Below, one piece after another: positions 29,253-39,461 of a DNA stretch of 64,000 nucleotides. Source of the stretch: Escherichia coli. Its GTDB lineage: Bacteria; Pseudomonadota; Gammaproteobacteria; Enterobacterales; Enterobacteriaceae. The notes under the pieces are model-generated. The model was not told where the DNA came from, did not search any database, and saw only the letters and a program-made list of their open reading frames with translations. Both the position numbers and the translations under genes were made by a program. The number at the start of each line of letters is the position of its first letter. Position 1 is the first letter of the stretch. The stretch lies in assembly GCF_030013205.1 (NCBI RefSeq), contig NZ_CP122648.1; one strand, given 5' to 3'.

Positions 29253-29585
29253 AACCAAGATCGATTCGGTTGAGTGCATATCCATTCATAGGGTAGATTC
29301 TTAAGTCGCGTTTCTGGTGTTCATTTTCGGGTGGTTTGTTACTTGTTTTACCGGGGATATGCCAGAAACGCGCTGAGTCAGTCTGGGCGGTGCGCGTAAT
29401 GAGGCGTTATGGTAAATAGCCTATGCTAATGTCCGCTAAGAGCAAGAAGCGGAAGTTGGCAGTTTTGTGGACTGTCCCCACAAAAGTGACTACAGAAATA
29501 GTTGCAATTCATAATTGATCATGGGTTGTCAGTTAAACTCGTGGCGATTTAAATAGACTAATTGGGAGTGCGTCCATTACTTATA

Positions 29586-29635
29586 TCTTGTAATGTTAAC
29601 TATCAGAAATTCTTGTAATGTTAACTATCAGAAAT
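29586..29635. repeat. perfect 25-bp tandem direct repeat x2 (tcttgtaatgttaactatcagaaat)
   Basis: Read directly; each unit contains a GTTAAC palindrome; lies just downstream of the flxA terminator. Confidence 0.85.
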
Positions 29636-29676
29636 GATACAAAGATAATATGTCTTTAAAGAAAAGGCTGATGGCG

Positions 29677-29699
29677 AAAAGTGGCCCGATGAGGGCCAC
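29677..29699 (-). terminator. rho-independent terminator of flxA
   Basis: Minus-strand hairpin GUGGCCC-ucauc-GGGCCAC followed by UUUU, 15 nt after the flxA stop. Confidence 0.5.
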
Positions 29700-29713
29700 A
29701 ATACGGCTGTCAC

Positions 29714-30046
29714 TTAGACGTAAATATCAATGGTGCCAGCGGTATTTGTATCGTCTTTTTTCTCTTCTTTTTTATCAGGCTGAACTGTCGCGTCTTCATT
29801 CTTTTTCTCTGCCTGCTGCCTTAACAACTGCTCCAGTTGAGCCCAGAGGCTTTCAATTTGCTTCTGTACCAATGCAGCCATTTCTTTTTTCTGCTGTGTC
29901 GTCATCCCCTCTTCCGATGAGATTTTCCCAAGCTTTTCAGTCAGCACCTGAATTTGTCTTGTGATTTTGGCTATTTCTGATGTTCCTTCCGGGGCGGAGT
30001 TGTTTGAAATAACGGTTGAGGTATTTCCCTGAATTGTGACAGACAT
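29714..30046 (-). CDS. flxA: FlxA (FliA-regulated protein, coiled-coil, Lys/Glu-rich C-terminus)
   Basis: 110-aa ORF MSVTIQGNTSTVISNNSAPEGTSEIAKITRQIQVLTEKLG... Confidence 0.9.
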   Translation of the reverse strand: MSVTIQGNTSTVISNNSAPEGTSEIAKITRQIQVLTEKLGKISSEEGMTTQQKKEMAALVQKQIESLWAQLEQLLRQQAEKKNEDATVQPDKKEEKKDDTNTAGTIDIYV

Positions 30047-30069
30047 AGATTTCTCCTTTTAAAAAAGCA

Positions 30070-30096
30070 CTATCGGCATGCACAAAAAAATCTTTA
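30070..30096 (-). promoter_or_regulatory. sigma-28 (FliA) class promoter for flxA
   Basis: Minus strand reads TAAAGATT-N11-GCCGATAG, matching consensus TAAAGTTT-N11-GCCGATAA, about 25-50 nt upstream of the flxA ATG. Confidence 0.6.
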
Positions 30097-30248
30097 ATCG
30101 TATTTCTTGTGTCATTAATTGTTTGATGTTCAGATTGTTTTCCTCGCGGGCTGGCGCGCCTCAGAAAGTAAAGCTTGTTGACAGGGGTAAACGTTCGGCA
30201 ATAATTTTCTGCCGCATGCGGGTGTTGCATAAAACGTGTTACGTTCCT

Positions 30249-30554
30249 TTATCGACAGGTCAGGTCACCGCTCACCCGCCGACGAGAAAGCAACACTGAC
30301 ATGCTAAAGCAAAAAATAGATGAATAAGTTGAGTTGTGCATATGTAGCCTGACCGTCACAAAGTATATGGTGTCTGTACCAGTAAGATGATGGCCGGACT
30401 CTTTAAAAACGAGCTGACCTGCACAATACAGGATGGACTTAGCAATGGCTGCTCCTGGCACAAAGCGGACAGTGATCACCGTTCTTACGACTACTTTCTG
30501 ACTTCCTTCGTGACTTGCCCTAAGCATGTTGTAGTGCGATACTTGTAATGACAT
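30249..30554 (-). CDS. ydfV: hypothetical prophage protein (ydfV position)
   Basis: 101-aa ORF between flxA and relB, divergent from relB as in K-12; symbol by position and length only. Confidence 0.45.
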   Translation of the reverse strand: MSLQVSHYNMLRASHEGSQKVVVRTVITVRFVPGAAIAKSILYCAGQLVFKESGHHLTGTDTIYFVTVRLHMHNSTYSSIFCFSMSVLLSRRRVSGDLTCR

Positions 30555-30578
30555 TTGTAATTACAAGAGGTGTAAGAC

Positions 30579-30818
30579 ATGGGTAGCATTAACCTGCGTA
30601 TTGACGATGAACTTAAAGCGCGTTCTTACGCCGCGCTTGAAAAAATGGGTGTAACTCCTTCTGAAGCGCTTCGTCTCATGCTCGAGTATATCGCTGACAA
30701 TGAACGCTTGCCGTTCAAACAGACACTCCTGAGTGATGAAGATGCTGAACTTGTGGAGATAGTGAAAGAACGGCTTCGTAATCCTAAGCCAGTACGTGTG
30801 ACGCTGGATGAACTCTGA
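30579..30818 (+). CDS. relB: RelB antitoxin (RHH)
   Basis: 79-aa ORF MGSINLRIDDELKARSYAALEKMGVTPSEALRLMLEYIADNERLPF... Confidence 0.95.
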   Translation: MGSINLRIDDELKARSYAALEKMGVTPSEALRLMLEYIADNERLPFKQTLLSDEDAELVEIVKERLRNPKPVRVTLDEL

Positions 30819-31105
30819 TGGCGTATTTTCTGGATTTTGACGAGCGGGCACTAAAGGAATGGCGAAAGCTGGGCTCGACGGTACGTGAACAGTTGAAAAA
30901 GAAGCTGGTTGAAGTACTTGAGTCACCCCGGATTGAAGCAAACAAGCTCCGTGGTATGCCTGATTGTTACAAGATTAAGCTCCGGTCTTCAGGCTATCGC
31001 CTTGTATACCAGGTTATAGACGAGAAAGTTGTCGTTTTCGTGATTTCTGTTGGGAAAAGAGAACGCTCGGAAGTATATAGCGAGGCGGTCAAACGCATTC
31101 TCTGA
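30818..31105 (+). CDS. relE: RelE mRNA interferase toxin
   Basis: 95-aa ORF MAYFLDFDERALKEWRKLGSTVREQLKKKLVEVLESPRIEANKLRG...; start overlaps relB stop (ATGA). Confidence 0.95.
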   Translation: MAYFLDFDERALKEWRKLGSTVREQLKKKLVEVLESPRIEANKLRGMPDCYKIKLRSSGYRLVYQVIDEKVVVFVISVGKRERSEVYSEAVKRIL

Positions 31106-31176
31106 ACCAAAGCATGACATCTCTGTTTCGCACCGAAGGTGACACTTCTGCTTTGCGTTGACAGGAGAAGCAGGCT

Positions 31177-31332
31177 ATGAAGCAGCAAAAGGCGATGTTA
31201 ATCGCCCTGATCGTCATCTGTTTAACCGTCATAGTGACGGCACTGGTAACGAGGAAAGACCTCTGCGAGGTACGAATCCGAACCGGCCAGACGGAGGTCG
31301 CTGTCTTCACAGCTTACGAACCTGAGGAGTAA
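31177..31332 (+). CDS. hokD: Hok-family membrane toxin HokD (RelF)
   Basis: Manual translation: MKQQKAMLIALIVICLTVIVTALVTRKDLCEVRIRTGQTEVAVFTAYEPEE (51 aa); below the ORF-track cutoff. Confidence 0.85.
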   Translation: MKQQKAMLIALIVICLTVIVTALVTRKDLCEVRIRTGQTEVAVFTAYEPEE

Positions 31333-31401
31333 GAGACCCGGCGGGGGAGAAATCCCTCGCCACCTCTGATGTGGCAGGCATCCTCAACGCACCCGCACTT
31401 A

Positions 31402-31430
31402 ACCCGCTTCGGCGGGTTTTTGTTTTTATT
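31402..31430 (+). terminator. rho-independent terminator after relBE-hokD
   Basis: cccgc-ttcg-gcggg hairpin followed by tttttgtttttatttt. Confidence 0.6.
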
Positions 31431-31548
31431 TTCAACGCGTTTGAAGTTCTGGACGGTGCCGGAATAGAATCAAAAATACTTAAGTAGCGCGCAGGGATAA
31501 GAGGGATGGTCCCTTAAAGGGGAGAGCTAATTATCCGGAAGGATTCTG

Positions 31549-31800
31549 ATGATGAACATCGAAGAACTGCGTAAAATTTTTTGTGAAGATGGCCTCTATG
31601 CTGTGTGCGTTGAAAATGGAAATCTTGTTAGTCATTACCGCATTATGTGTTTGCGAAAGAATGGGGCTGCGTTAATTAATTTTGTGGATGCTCGGGTCAC
31701 GGACGGATTTATCTTGCGCGAAGGTGAGTTTGTCACTTCATTACAGGCATTGAAAGAGATCGGAATAAAAGCTGGCTTTTCTGCTTTTTCAGGAGAATAA
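31549..31800 (+). CDS. rem: Qin prophage protein Rem
   Basis: 83-aa ORF MMNIEELRKIFCEDGLYAVCVENGNLVSHYRIMCLRKNGAALINFVDARV... Confidence 0.8.
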   Translation: MMNIEELRKIFCEDGLYAVCVENGNLVSHYRIMCLRKNGAALINFVDARVTDGFILREGEFVTSLQALKEIGIKAGFSAFSGE

Positions 31801-31866
31801 ACTCATCTACAATCTTGCGCGGGGCTGAACTCCCGCTGAGTAACACCGTGCCACCGGAGAAAACCG

Positions 31867-32145
31867 ATGGCACGCAACGCAAAATATTACAATTCTGATA
31901 ATTCGCCCGTTCTTGCCTGCACGCACGGGCGGTATTCTCACGCATTCAAGTCTGAATGGTTCCAGCACCCTCCATGCACTGCAGAACAGGCCGAATGGCT
32001 GATTCATTCTTACCGCAGGCGCGGGTTCGAGGTTAAGAAAGCTCTCAGTCTCGACTATCGGCACTGGATAATCTCTGTCAGGCTGCCTTATTCCGAACGC
32101 CCACCACGTGCGTCCCGCACTTTCCAGCAACGGATCTGGAGGTAA
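31867..32145 (+). CDS. hypothetical small prophage protein
   Basis: 92-aa ORF overlapping the ydfU start by 38 nt; no recognisable motif; may be spurious. Confidence 0.3.
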   Translation: MARNAKYYNSDNSPVLACTHGRYSHAFKSEWFQHPPCTAEQAEWLIHSYRRRGFEVKKALSLDYRHWIISVRLPYSERPPRASRTFQQRIWR

Positions 32146-33196
32146 CGTGCGGGTATTACTTAGACCTGTTCTGGTGCCTGAGCTTGGGCTGGTGGTCCTT
32201 AAGCCGGGCCGTGAATCCATACAGATATTTCATAATCCTCGAGTGCTGGTGGAACCGGAACCAAAAAGCATGCGTAATCTGCCATCCGGAGTCGTTCCTG
32301 CCGTTCGCCAGCCGCTGGCGGAAGACAAAACATTGCTGCCGTTTTTTAGTAACGAACTGGTGATTCGTGCTGCTGGCGGCGTTGGCGCATTGTCCGACTG
32401 GCTATTACGTCATGTTACATCCTGCCAGTGGCCTAATGGCGATTACCATCACACTGAAACAGTCATTCACCGTTATGGTACCGGCGCAATGGTGTTGTGC
32501 TGGCACTGCGACAACCAACTGCGTGACCAGACATCGGAATCACTGGAGCTGCTTGCTCAACAAAATCTGACAGCATGGGTGATTGACGTCATCCGTCACG
32601 CAATAAGCGGTACGCAGGAGCGGGAATTATCTTTGGCTGAATTATCCTGGTGGGCGGTCTGCAATCAGGTGGTGGATGCACTACCTGAGGCTGTATCGCG
32701 TCGTTCGCTGGGATTACCAGCGGAAAAAATCTGCTCGGTGTACCGCGAAAGCGACATCGTACCGGGAGAGCAGACCGCCACCAGCATATTGAAACAACGC
32801 ACAAAAAATCTTGCACCGTTGCCTTACGCCCACCAGCAACAAAAATCACCACAGGAAAAGACGGTGGTAAGAATCACCGTTGATCCAGAGTCTCCGGAAT
32901 CTTTCATGAAGCTGCCTAAACGTCGCCGCTGGGTTAAGGAGAAATACACACGTTGGGTTAAGACACAGCCGTGTGCTTGCTGCGGTATGCCAGCCGACGA
33001 TCCGCATCATCTGATTGGTCACGGGCAGGGCGGAATGGGAACAAAAGCACATGATCTCTTTGTGTTGCCTTTGTGCAGAAAGCATCACAACGAGCTGCAT
33101 ACGGATACAGTGGCATTTGAAGATAAGTATGGCTCCCAACTGGAGCTGATATTTCGTTTTATCGATCGCGCGCTGGCAATTGGCGTACTGGCGTAA
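32108..33196 (+). CDS. ydfU: DUF968-family prophage protein YdfU (Cys/His-rich C-terminus)
   Basis: 362-aa ORF; C-terminal CACCGMPADDPHHLIGHGQGGMGTKAHDLFVLPLCRKHHNELH metal-binding-like region. Confidence 0.8.
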   Translation: MRPALSSNGSGGNVRVLLRPVLVPELGLVVLKPGRESIQIFHNPRVLVEPEPKSMRNLPSGVVPAVRQPLAEDKTLLPFFSNELVIRAAGGVGALSDWLLRHVTSCQWPNGDYHHTETVIHRYGTGAMVLCWHCDNQLRDQTSESLELLAQQNLTAWVIDVIRHAISGTQERELSLAELSWWAVCNQVVDALPEAVSRRSLGLPAEKICSVYRESDIVPGEQTATSILKQRTKNLAPLPYAHQQQKSPQEKTVVRITVDPESPESFMKLPKRRRWVKEKYTRWVKTQPCACCGMPADDPHHLIGHGQGGMGTKAHDLFVLPLCRKHHNELHTDTVAFEDKYGSQLELIFRFIDRALAIGVLA

Positions 33197-33209
33197 GTGG
33201 AGAACGAGC

Positions 33210-33962
33210 ATGAACCTTGAAGCCTTACCAAAATATTACTCCCCAAAATCTCCAAAATTGAGCGATGACGCTCCAGCGACAGGCACCGGTTGTTTAACAA
33301 TTACGGATGTAATGGCAGCGCAGGGGATGGTGCAGTCGAAAGCACCACTTGGGTTGGCCTTATTTCTGGCAAAAGTTGGTGTTCAGGACCCTCAGTTTGC
33401 GATTGAAGGCCTGCTAAATTACGCGATGGCACTGGATAACCCGACATTGAACAAATTGAGTGAAGAAATCCGGTTACAGATTATTCCTTACCTCGTGAGT
33501 TTTGCCTTTGCTGATTACTCCAGGTCTGCGGCAAGTAAGGCTCGCTGTGAGCATTGTTCAGGTACGGGATTTTATAATGTATTGCGCGAAGTGGTGAAAC
33601 ACTACAGACGCGGGGAATCTGTAATCAAGGAAGAATGGGTGAAGGAACTATGTCAGCATTGCCATGGTAAGGGCGAAGCCAGCACAGCGTGCAGAGGGTG
33701 TAAGGGTAAAGGGATTGTTCTGGATGAAAAAAGAACCCGGTTTCATGGCGTACCGGTATATAAGATTTGTGGGCGTTGTAATGGAAACCGGTTTAGTCGT
33801 TTACCGACCACGCTGGCACGACGTCATGTCCAGAAGCTGGTACCAGACCTGACCGATTATCAGTGGTATAAGGGGTATGCGGACGTCATTGGTAAACTGG
33901 TAACAAAGTGCTGGCAGGAAGAAGCATACGCGGAAGCGCAATTGAGGAAGGTGACGAGATAA
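33210..33962 (+). CDS. quuQ: late-gene antiterminator Q
   Basis: ORF 33180..33962 begins at TTG; ATG at 33210 (MNLEALPKYY); Cys cluster CEHCSGTGF...CQHCHGKGE...CRGCKGKG...CGRCNG. Confidence 0.85.
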   Translation: MNLEALPKYYSPKSPKLSDDAPATGTGCLTITDVMAAQGMVQSKAPLGLALFLAKVGVQDPQFAIEGLLNYAMALDNPTLNKLSEEIRLQIIPYLVSFAFADYSRSAASKARCEHCSGTGFYNVLREVVKHYRRGESVIKEEWVKELCQHCHGKGEASTACRGCKGKGIVLDEKRTRFHGVPVYKICGRCNGNRFSRLPTTLARRHVQKLVPDLTDYQWYKGYADVIGKLVTKCWQEEAYAEAQLRKVTR

Positions 33963-33993
33963 ATGATTTTTGCTGAAGATGGCGACATGATGT

Positions 33994-34022
33994 TTGCATT
34001 TTTCAAAAAATATGGATAAAAT
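33994..34022 (+). promoter_or_regulatory. candidate late promoter (PR'-like) downstream of Q
   Basis: TTGCAT-N17-TAAAAT about 30 nt after the quuQ stop. Confidence 0.45.
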
Positions 34023-34070
34023 TTTTTCAACGATGGGCTTTGTATACCCGACGTTAAGAAAAAGTAGAAA

Positions 34071-34091
34071 ACCCGCTGATGAGCGGGTTTT
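34071..34091 (+). terminator. tR'-like rho-independent terminator
   Basis: acccgct-gatg-agcgggt hairpin followed by ttttgtgcttt, roughly 50 nt downstream of the candidate late promoter. Confidence 0.55.
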
Positions 34092-34383
34092 GTGCTTTAA
34101 ATGGGGCAATGGTAATGTTGAATCTCATCCCGGGACTCATGTCTGTTAACTTATTATTTAGCTGGTGACTTGGTTATTTGCCTGATGTTTAAAATGTTTT
34201 CTTCCAGTACAATGTCCCTAAACACAATGAGTCTGCTTATTATATTATTAGCAGAGCTATTACGGCCAAAGTACAGCATAAGCTTTTAAAGCCAATCAAC
34301 CAGTCATCAAGACAGACGGGGTTATTCATAAAAACTCTCCATGTGTGATCCGATGGGGCCTGAAATTAAAGCTTTAATATAGC

Positions 34384-34596
34384 TCATGAAAGGTAAACAT
34401 TGGCAGCTGAAGGGCCACGCAGACCATTTATCCGGCAAAATTCCACGCGTAATCCGGTGGTAATTTCTTCTGCATCGCGGAGATTGAGCGCTGAAACATG
34501 AAGCTGGACATCGATACGACCATCGGATGGGGTGATAAGACCCTTGCCGCTTTTGCCGTCAAAGGTTTTGACAATTCCTGTCATTTTACGGGACAA
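34384..34596 (-). CDS. cspF: cold-shock protein CspF
   Basis: 70-aa [44 protein letters not shown]... Confidence 0.9.
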
Positions 34597-34896
34597 AAAA
34601 ATTCCTTAATACTGATAACTTGGCGCACTATACACACGTTCCTGAAGAAAGCTATAGTTTTTTGATGGGGTTGAAGATGGCTGGATGTCTAAAATAAACA
34701 TTGCTTCATATGTTCAACTATGCGTTAATGATTGCGTCGGTTTGAAGAACAGACGATATACGAAGTAGTTTACTAAAGCAGTTCTCATTTCAGGTGTTAT
34801 TCACTTATTCCTTCTTTGAGTCTCTCCAATTAAGTACGAAGTCGTTTCTGTTATGCAAACCATTTATGCCGAAAGGCTCAAGTTAAGGAATGTAGA

Positions 34897-35112
34897 ATGT
34901 CAAATAAAATGACTGGTTTAGTAAAATGGTTTAACGCTGATAAAGGTTTCGGCTTTATTTCTCCTGTTGATGGTAGTAAAGATGTGTTTGTGCATTTTTC
35001 TGCGATTCAGAATGATAATTATCGAACCTTATTTGAAGGTCAAAAGGTTACCTTCTCTATAGAGAGTGGTGCTAAAGGTCCTGCAGCAGCAAATGTCATC
35101 ATTACTGATTAA
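34897..35112 (+). CDS. cspB: cold-shock protein CspB
   Basis: 71-aa [54 protein letters not shown]... Confidence 0.9.
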   Translation: MSNKMTGLVKWFNADKGFGFISPVDGSKDVFVHFSAIQNDNYRTLFEGQKVTFSIESGAKGPAAANVIITD

Positions 35113-35475
35113 AATTCATCGCTCGTCTGTATACGATAACGAAGAAGGCTGATGCCTGAGTAGAGATACGGACAGAGTAGTGAATATTGGATCTCTTTAA
35201 TAAAAAGTAAGGAGGTCCAATACATGAAACAATGGCTAGCATATTTGGCAAAATCTTAATCAGGAAAAGTATGCTAACCATTGTGGTGAAGTGCAGGTTT
35301 GCTGAATGAATAGTTTTACAGCAGAAGCTAACTGCTGGCATGGCAAAACAAAGTGCGTAAGTGGATGACTCCCACAAAAAGCACCACAATCTCAAACCCG
35401 CTCAGGCGGGTTTTTTATTATCTGCTTTAAATATATTATTAAAATATAAAAAATACTTGTTACTAATAAAATCAA

Positions 35476-35697
35476 TCAGGCTACAGCTTTAAGATTTGTC
35501 TGGAATACTTTGTTGCAATGAGGGCAGATCAAAAGGGCACCTTTTTGTACTCTTGAAAAACTGTGTTCTGACTCTTGGGTGCAGTTTGGGCAGGAACATT
35601 TAACGAGATAATTACGGCGTGATTTTGAGTTTTTACGTTCTGACATAGGCTTTTCCTGTATAAATGGCCGTATACAGTACACTAAATATGAAAACAT
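35476..35697 (-). CDS. small zinc-ribbon protein (CxxC-x18-CxxC)
   Basis: 73-aa ORF; likely start at internal Met (MSERKNSKSRRNYLVKCSCPNCTQESEHSFSRVQKGALLICPHCNKVF). Confidence 0.4.
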   Translation of the reverse strand: MFSYLVYCIRPFIQEKPMSERKNSKSRRNYLVKCSCPNCTQESEHSFSRVQKGALLICPHCNKVFQTNLKAVA

Positions 35698-35865
35698 TTC
35701 TCGTATTATTATTTTATATATGACTTTCTTTCAAAATAATTACCCACATTTTTAATGTGTATGTTTTTTTAGCGCCGTTGAGAACAACGTGTGCTGTCAA
35801 AACTACCCCGTAGACTCCGATCTTTTCAAACATATTGCACCATCCGTGTACATCGGGGTGAGGAT

Positions 35866-36081
35866 ATGAAATCAATGGATAAGTTAACAACAGGTGTTGC
35901 CTATGGCACATCGGCGGGTAATGCTGGTTTCTGGGCATTGCAGTTACTCGATAAAGTAACTCCGTCACAGTGGGCTGCAATCGGTGTGCTGGGTAGCCTG
36001 GTTTTTGGCCTGCTGACGTATCTGACAAATCTTTATTTCAAGATTAAAGAAGACAGGCGTAAGGCTGCGAGAGGAGAGTAA
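35866..36081 (+). CDS. essQ: class II (pin)holin
   Basis: ATG at 35866 after GGTGAGGA; [71 protein letters not shown] (71 aa, two TM, charged C-terminus). Confidence 0.85.
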   Translation: MKSMDKLTTGVAYGTSAGNAGFWALQLLDKVTPSQWAAIGVLGSLVFGLLTYLTNLYFKIKEDRRKAARGE

Positions 36082-36085
36082 TCCA

Positions 36086-36393
36086 ATGACTCAAGACTAT
36101 GAACTGGTTGTGAAAGGAGTCCGTAATTTTGAGAATAAAGTTACGGTAACTGTAGCCTTACAGGACAAAGAACGCTTTGACGGTGAAATTTTTGACCTGG
36201 ATGTCGCCATGGACCGTGTTGAAGGAGCTGCGCTGGAGTTTTATGAGGCAGCAGCCAGAAGGAGCGTCCGGCAAGTCTTCCTGGAAGTAGCAGAAAAATT
36301 GTCAGAAAAAGTTGAGTCTTATCTGCAGCATCAGTACTCCTTTAAGATTGAAAATCCTGCCAATAAGCACGAGCGTCCTCATCATAAATATCT

Positions 36394-36397
<4 letters not shown>
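36086..36397 (+). CDS. ydfR: Qin prophage protein YdfR
   Basis: 103-aa ORF between holin and lysozyme genes. Confidence 0.8.
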
Positions 36398-37421
<1,024 letters not shown>

Positions 37422-37782
37422 GGTAATATTAAATCGGAACATTTACATCGCGGAATGTAAAATTTAAATAAAAAGGACTCTTCCATGAGCCAAAATTCCT
37501 GAAATCTTAAGGGTAAGATAAAAGGTCTTAATCAGAATGACACGTTTTATTAATAAATAAAGCTATTCTTTCATTGCTGTGTTTTTCTTTACAAAAGTAA
37601 TCCTTGCTATGGGTGGTTAATCATGCGTTAATGGTGTTCTGGTTTGTTACAAATTTATCTGAAGCAGTCATTGTTATAATTTTATTATTTGTACCTCTTG
37701 AGATTTCCTTGTTGGTTTTTCTCTCTGATATTTTTTTCGGACCATTCTGCCCAAGGGCTAATTTCTTCAAAAGGTAATAATT

Positions 37783-37995
37783 ATGTCTAACAAAATGACT
37801 GGTTTAGTGAAATGGTTTAACCCTGAAAAAGGTTTTGGTTTCATCACGCCGAAAGATGGCAGCAAAGATGTGTTTGTCCATTTCTCAGCAATTCAGAGCA
37901 ACGATTTCAAAACATTAACTGAGAATCAGGAAGTTGAATTTGGTATTGAGAACGGACCTAAAGGTCCTGCCGCTGTTCATGTAGTGGCGCTTTGA
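37783..37995 (+). CDS. cspI: cold-shock protein CspI
   Basis: 70-aa [54 protein letters not shown]... Confidence 0.9.
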   Translation: MSNKMTGLVKWFNPEKGFGFITPKDGSKDVFVHFSAIQSNDFKTLTENQEVEFGIENGPKGPAAVHVVAL

Positions 37996-38197
37996 GGTAG
38001 ACAATATTACAAACCATATTCACTTTAGATGCCCGTGTTGTCATGGTTCCCAGTATAGAACATCATCTTTTGATGTTTCTGACATGAATCCTTTCGGGGC
38101 AAAATGTATCTTTTGTAAATCAATGATGATTACATTTGATAATATTTCACAATACTTAAATGCCAGCCGTCTGTCGTTGGATTTGAAAAAGTGAAAA

Positions 38198-38222
38198 TGA
38201 AGGCTCCTTCGGGAGCTTTTTT
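38198..38222 (+). terminator. rho-independent terminator (UUCG tetraloop)
   Basis: gctcc-ttcg-ggagc followed by tttttt. Confidence 0.5.
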
Positions 38223-38266
38223 GCTTGGTGTCTATTCGATGGATACTCACATACTACGGTAACATC

Positions 38267-38497
38267 ATGAAAAAAATCATAGTTTTTTTTAACTCTGAAC
38301 CAGCAGTGGTAGTGCCAGCGATGACTGGAGTTAACACCATCATGCGTGAATATCCAAATGGCGAAAAAACACACCTTACTGTAATGGCCGCAGGGTTTCC
38401 ATCTCTGACCGGAGATCATAAAGTCATTTATGTAGCCGCGGATCGACATGTTACTTCAGAAGAAATTCTGGAAGCAGCAATAAGGCTCTTGAGTTGA
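38267..38497 (+). CDS. hypothetical prophage protein (76 aa)
   Basis: ATG at 38267 (MKKIIVFFNSEPAVVVPAMTGVNTIMREYPNGEK...) inside ORF 38225..38497. Confidence 0.5.
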   Translation: MKKIIVFFNSEPAVVVPAMTGVNTIMREYPNGEKTHLTVMAAGFPSLTGDHKVIYVAADRHVTSEEILEAAIRLLS

Positions 38498-38665
38498 TTT
38501 GATGCTATTGCATTGATAATTCAGGAAAATTCTCTTTGTCTGTTTGTGTAAAATTTAGACTATCGTATGTTGATTATTGCGATGTTTCATCTTATCTTTT
38601 ACACGTTTGCACCATATAATCGACTTACTGTGTAACTGGAAAGTCATAACAGACTAAAAGAGGAA

Positions 38666-38842
38666 ATGATGAATATTGAAAACTTAAAAACAAAAGCAGA
38701 AGCAGATATTTCTGAATATATAACAAAAAAAATTATTGAACTTAAGAAAAAGACCGGGAAAGAAGTTACCAGTATTCAGTTTACCGCACGGGAAAAAATG
38801 ACGGGTCTTGAAAGCTATGATGTCAAGATTAATTTAATCTGA
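38666..38842 (+). CDS. gnsB: Gns-family protein (GnsB-like)
   Basis: Manual translation MMNIENLKTKAEADISEYITKKIIELKKKTGKEVTSIQFTAREKMTGLESYDVKINLI; AGAGGAAATG start context. Confidence 0.8.
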   Translation: MMNIENLKTKAEADISEYITKKIIELKKKTGKEVTSIQFTAREKMTGLESYDVKINLI

Positions 38843-38993
38843 TGTATTCAATAATAAAATTTATCCATAAACCTCGTTTTTACGGGGTTTTGTTATATTT
38901 GAATGGTTCCGAATATCTAAATCACAATTGTTGATGGTTTTTATTAAACCAATGCAGTCCGGCTCAGGAGTGAGAGAAGCCGGACGTTATGGT

Positions 38994-39404
38994 TTAGCGT
39001 GGTAAGATCTGTGTAGTTTTCTGGATGCTTTCAGTAAATAGTAATGAATTATCAAAGGTATAGTAATATCTTTTTTGTTCGTGGATATTTGTAACCCACC
39101 GAAAAACTCCTGCTTTAGCAAGGTTTCTTCTGTATTCCTGAAATGTGATCTCTCTGGATTTCAGCTTATTAGAGGTCGTTTCTATAAGATGCCTATCCTT
39201 TGAAAATTTGACAGACACAATGTTTTTTAGGCCCTTTAATAACACTGTATTATCATTTTTTAATACAATATGAACATTCTCTGTGGCTAAATAGTAAATG
39301 TAATGTGAGACATTGTGACGTTTTAGCTCAGAATAAAACCATTGATAGTTTAAATCGTTTCGAACTTTATCAAATATTTGTTTAAAAATGACTACCTGAT
39401 CCAT
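38994..39404 (-). CDS. ydfO: DUF1398-family prophage protein YdfO
   Basis: ORF 38994..39419; probable start at [23 protein letters not shown] (136 aa). Confidence 0.75.
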
Positions 39405-39461
39405 AGATAAACCTTCCATGTGATATGAGGGGGCGTAGTCTGCACGATTATCTAAATTGCT

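Larger units (their letters stand above)
27753..29635. mobile_element. candidate IS-like element carrying an rve-type transposase (boundaries tentative)
   Basis: agttaacattac at 27753..27764 (second related copy 27781..27790) is the reverse complement of gtaatgttaact present twice at 29590..29601 and 29615..29626; they bracket the transposase gene. Confidence 0.4.

Noticed and set aside
29650-30230. ORFs 29650..29964 (+) and 29937..30230 (-) overlapping flxA
   Set aside because: flxA is recognisable and has its own sigma-28 promoter and terminator; the overlapping frames lack any independent support.
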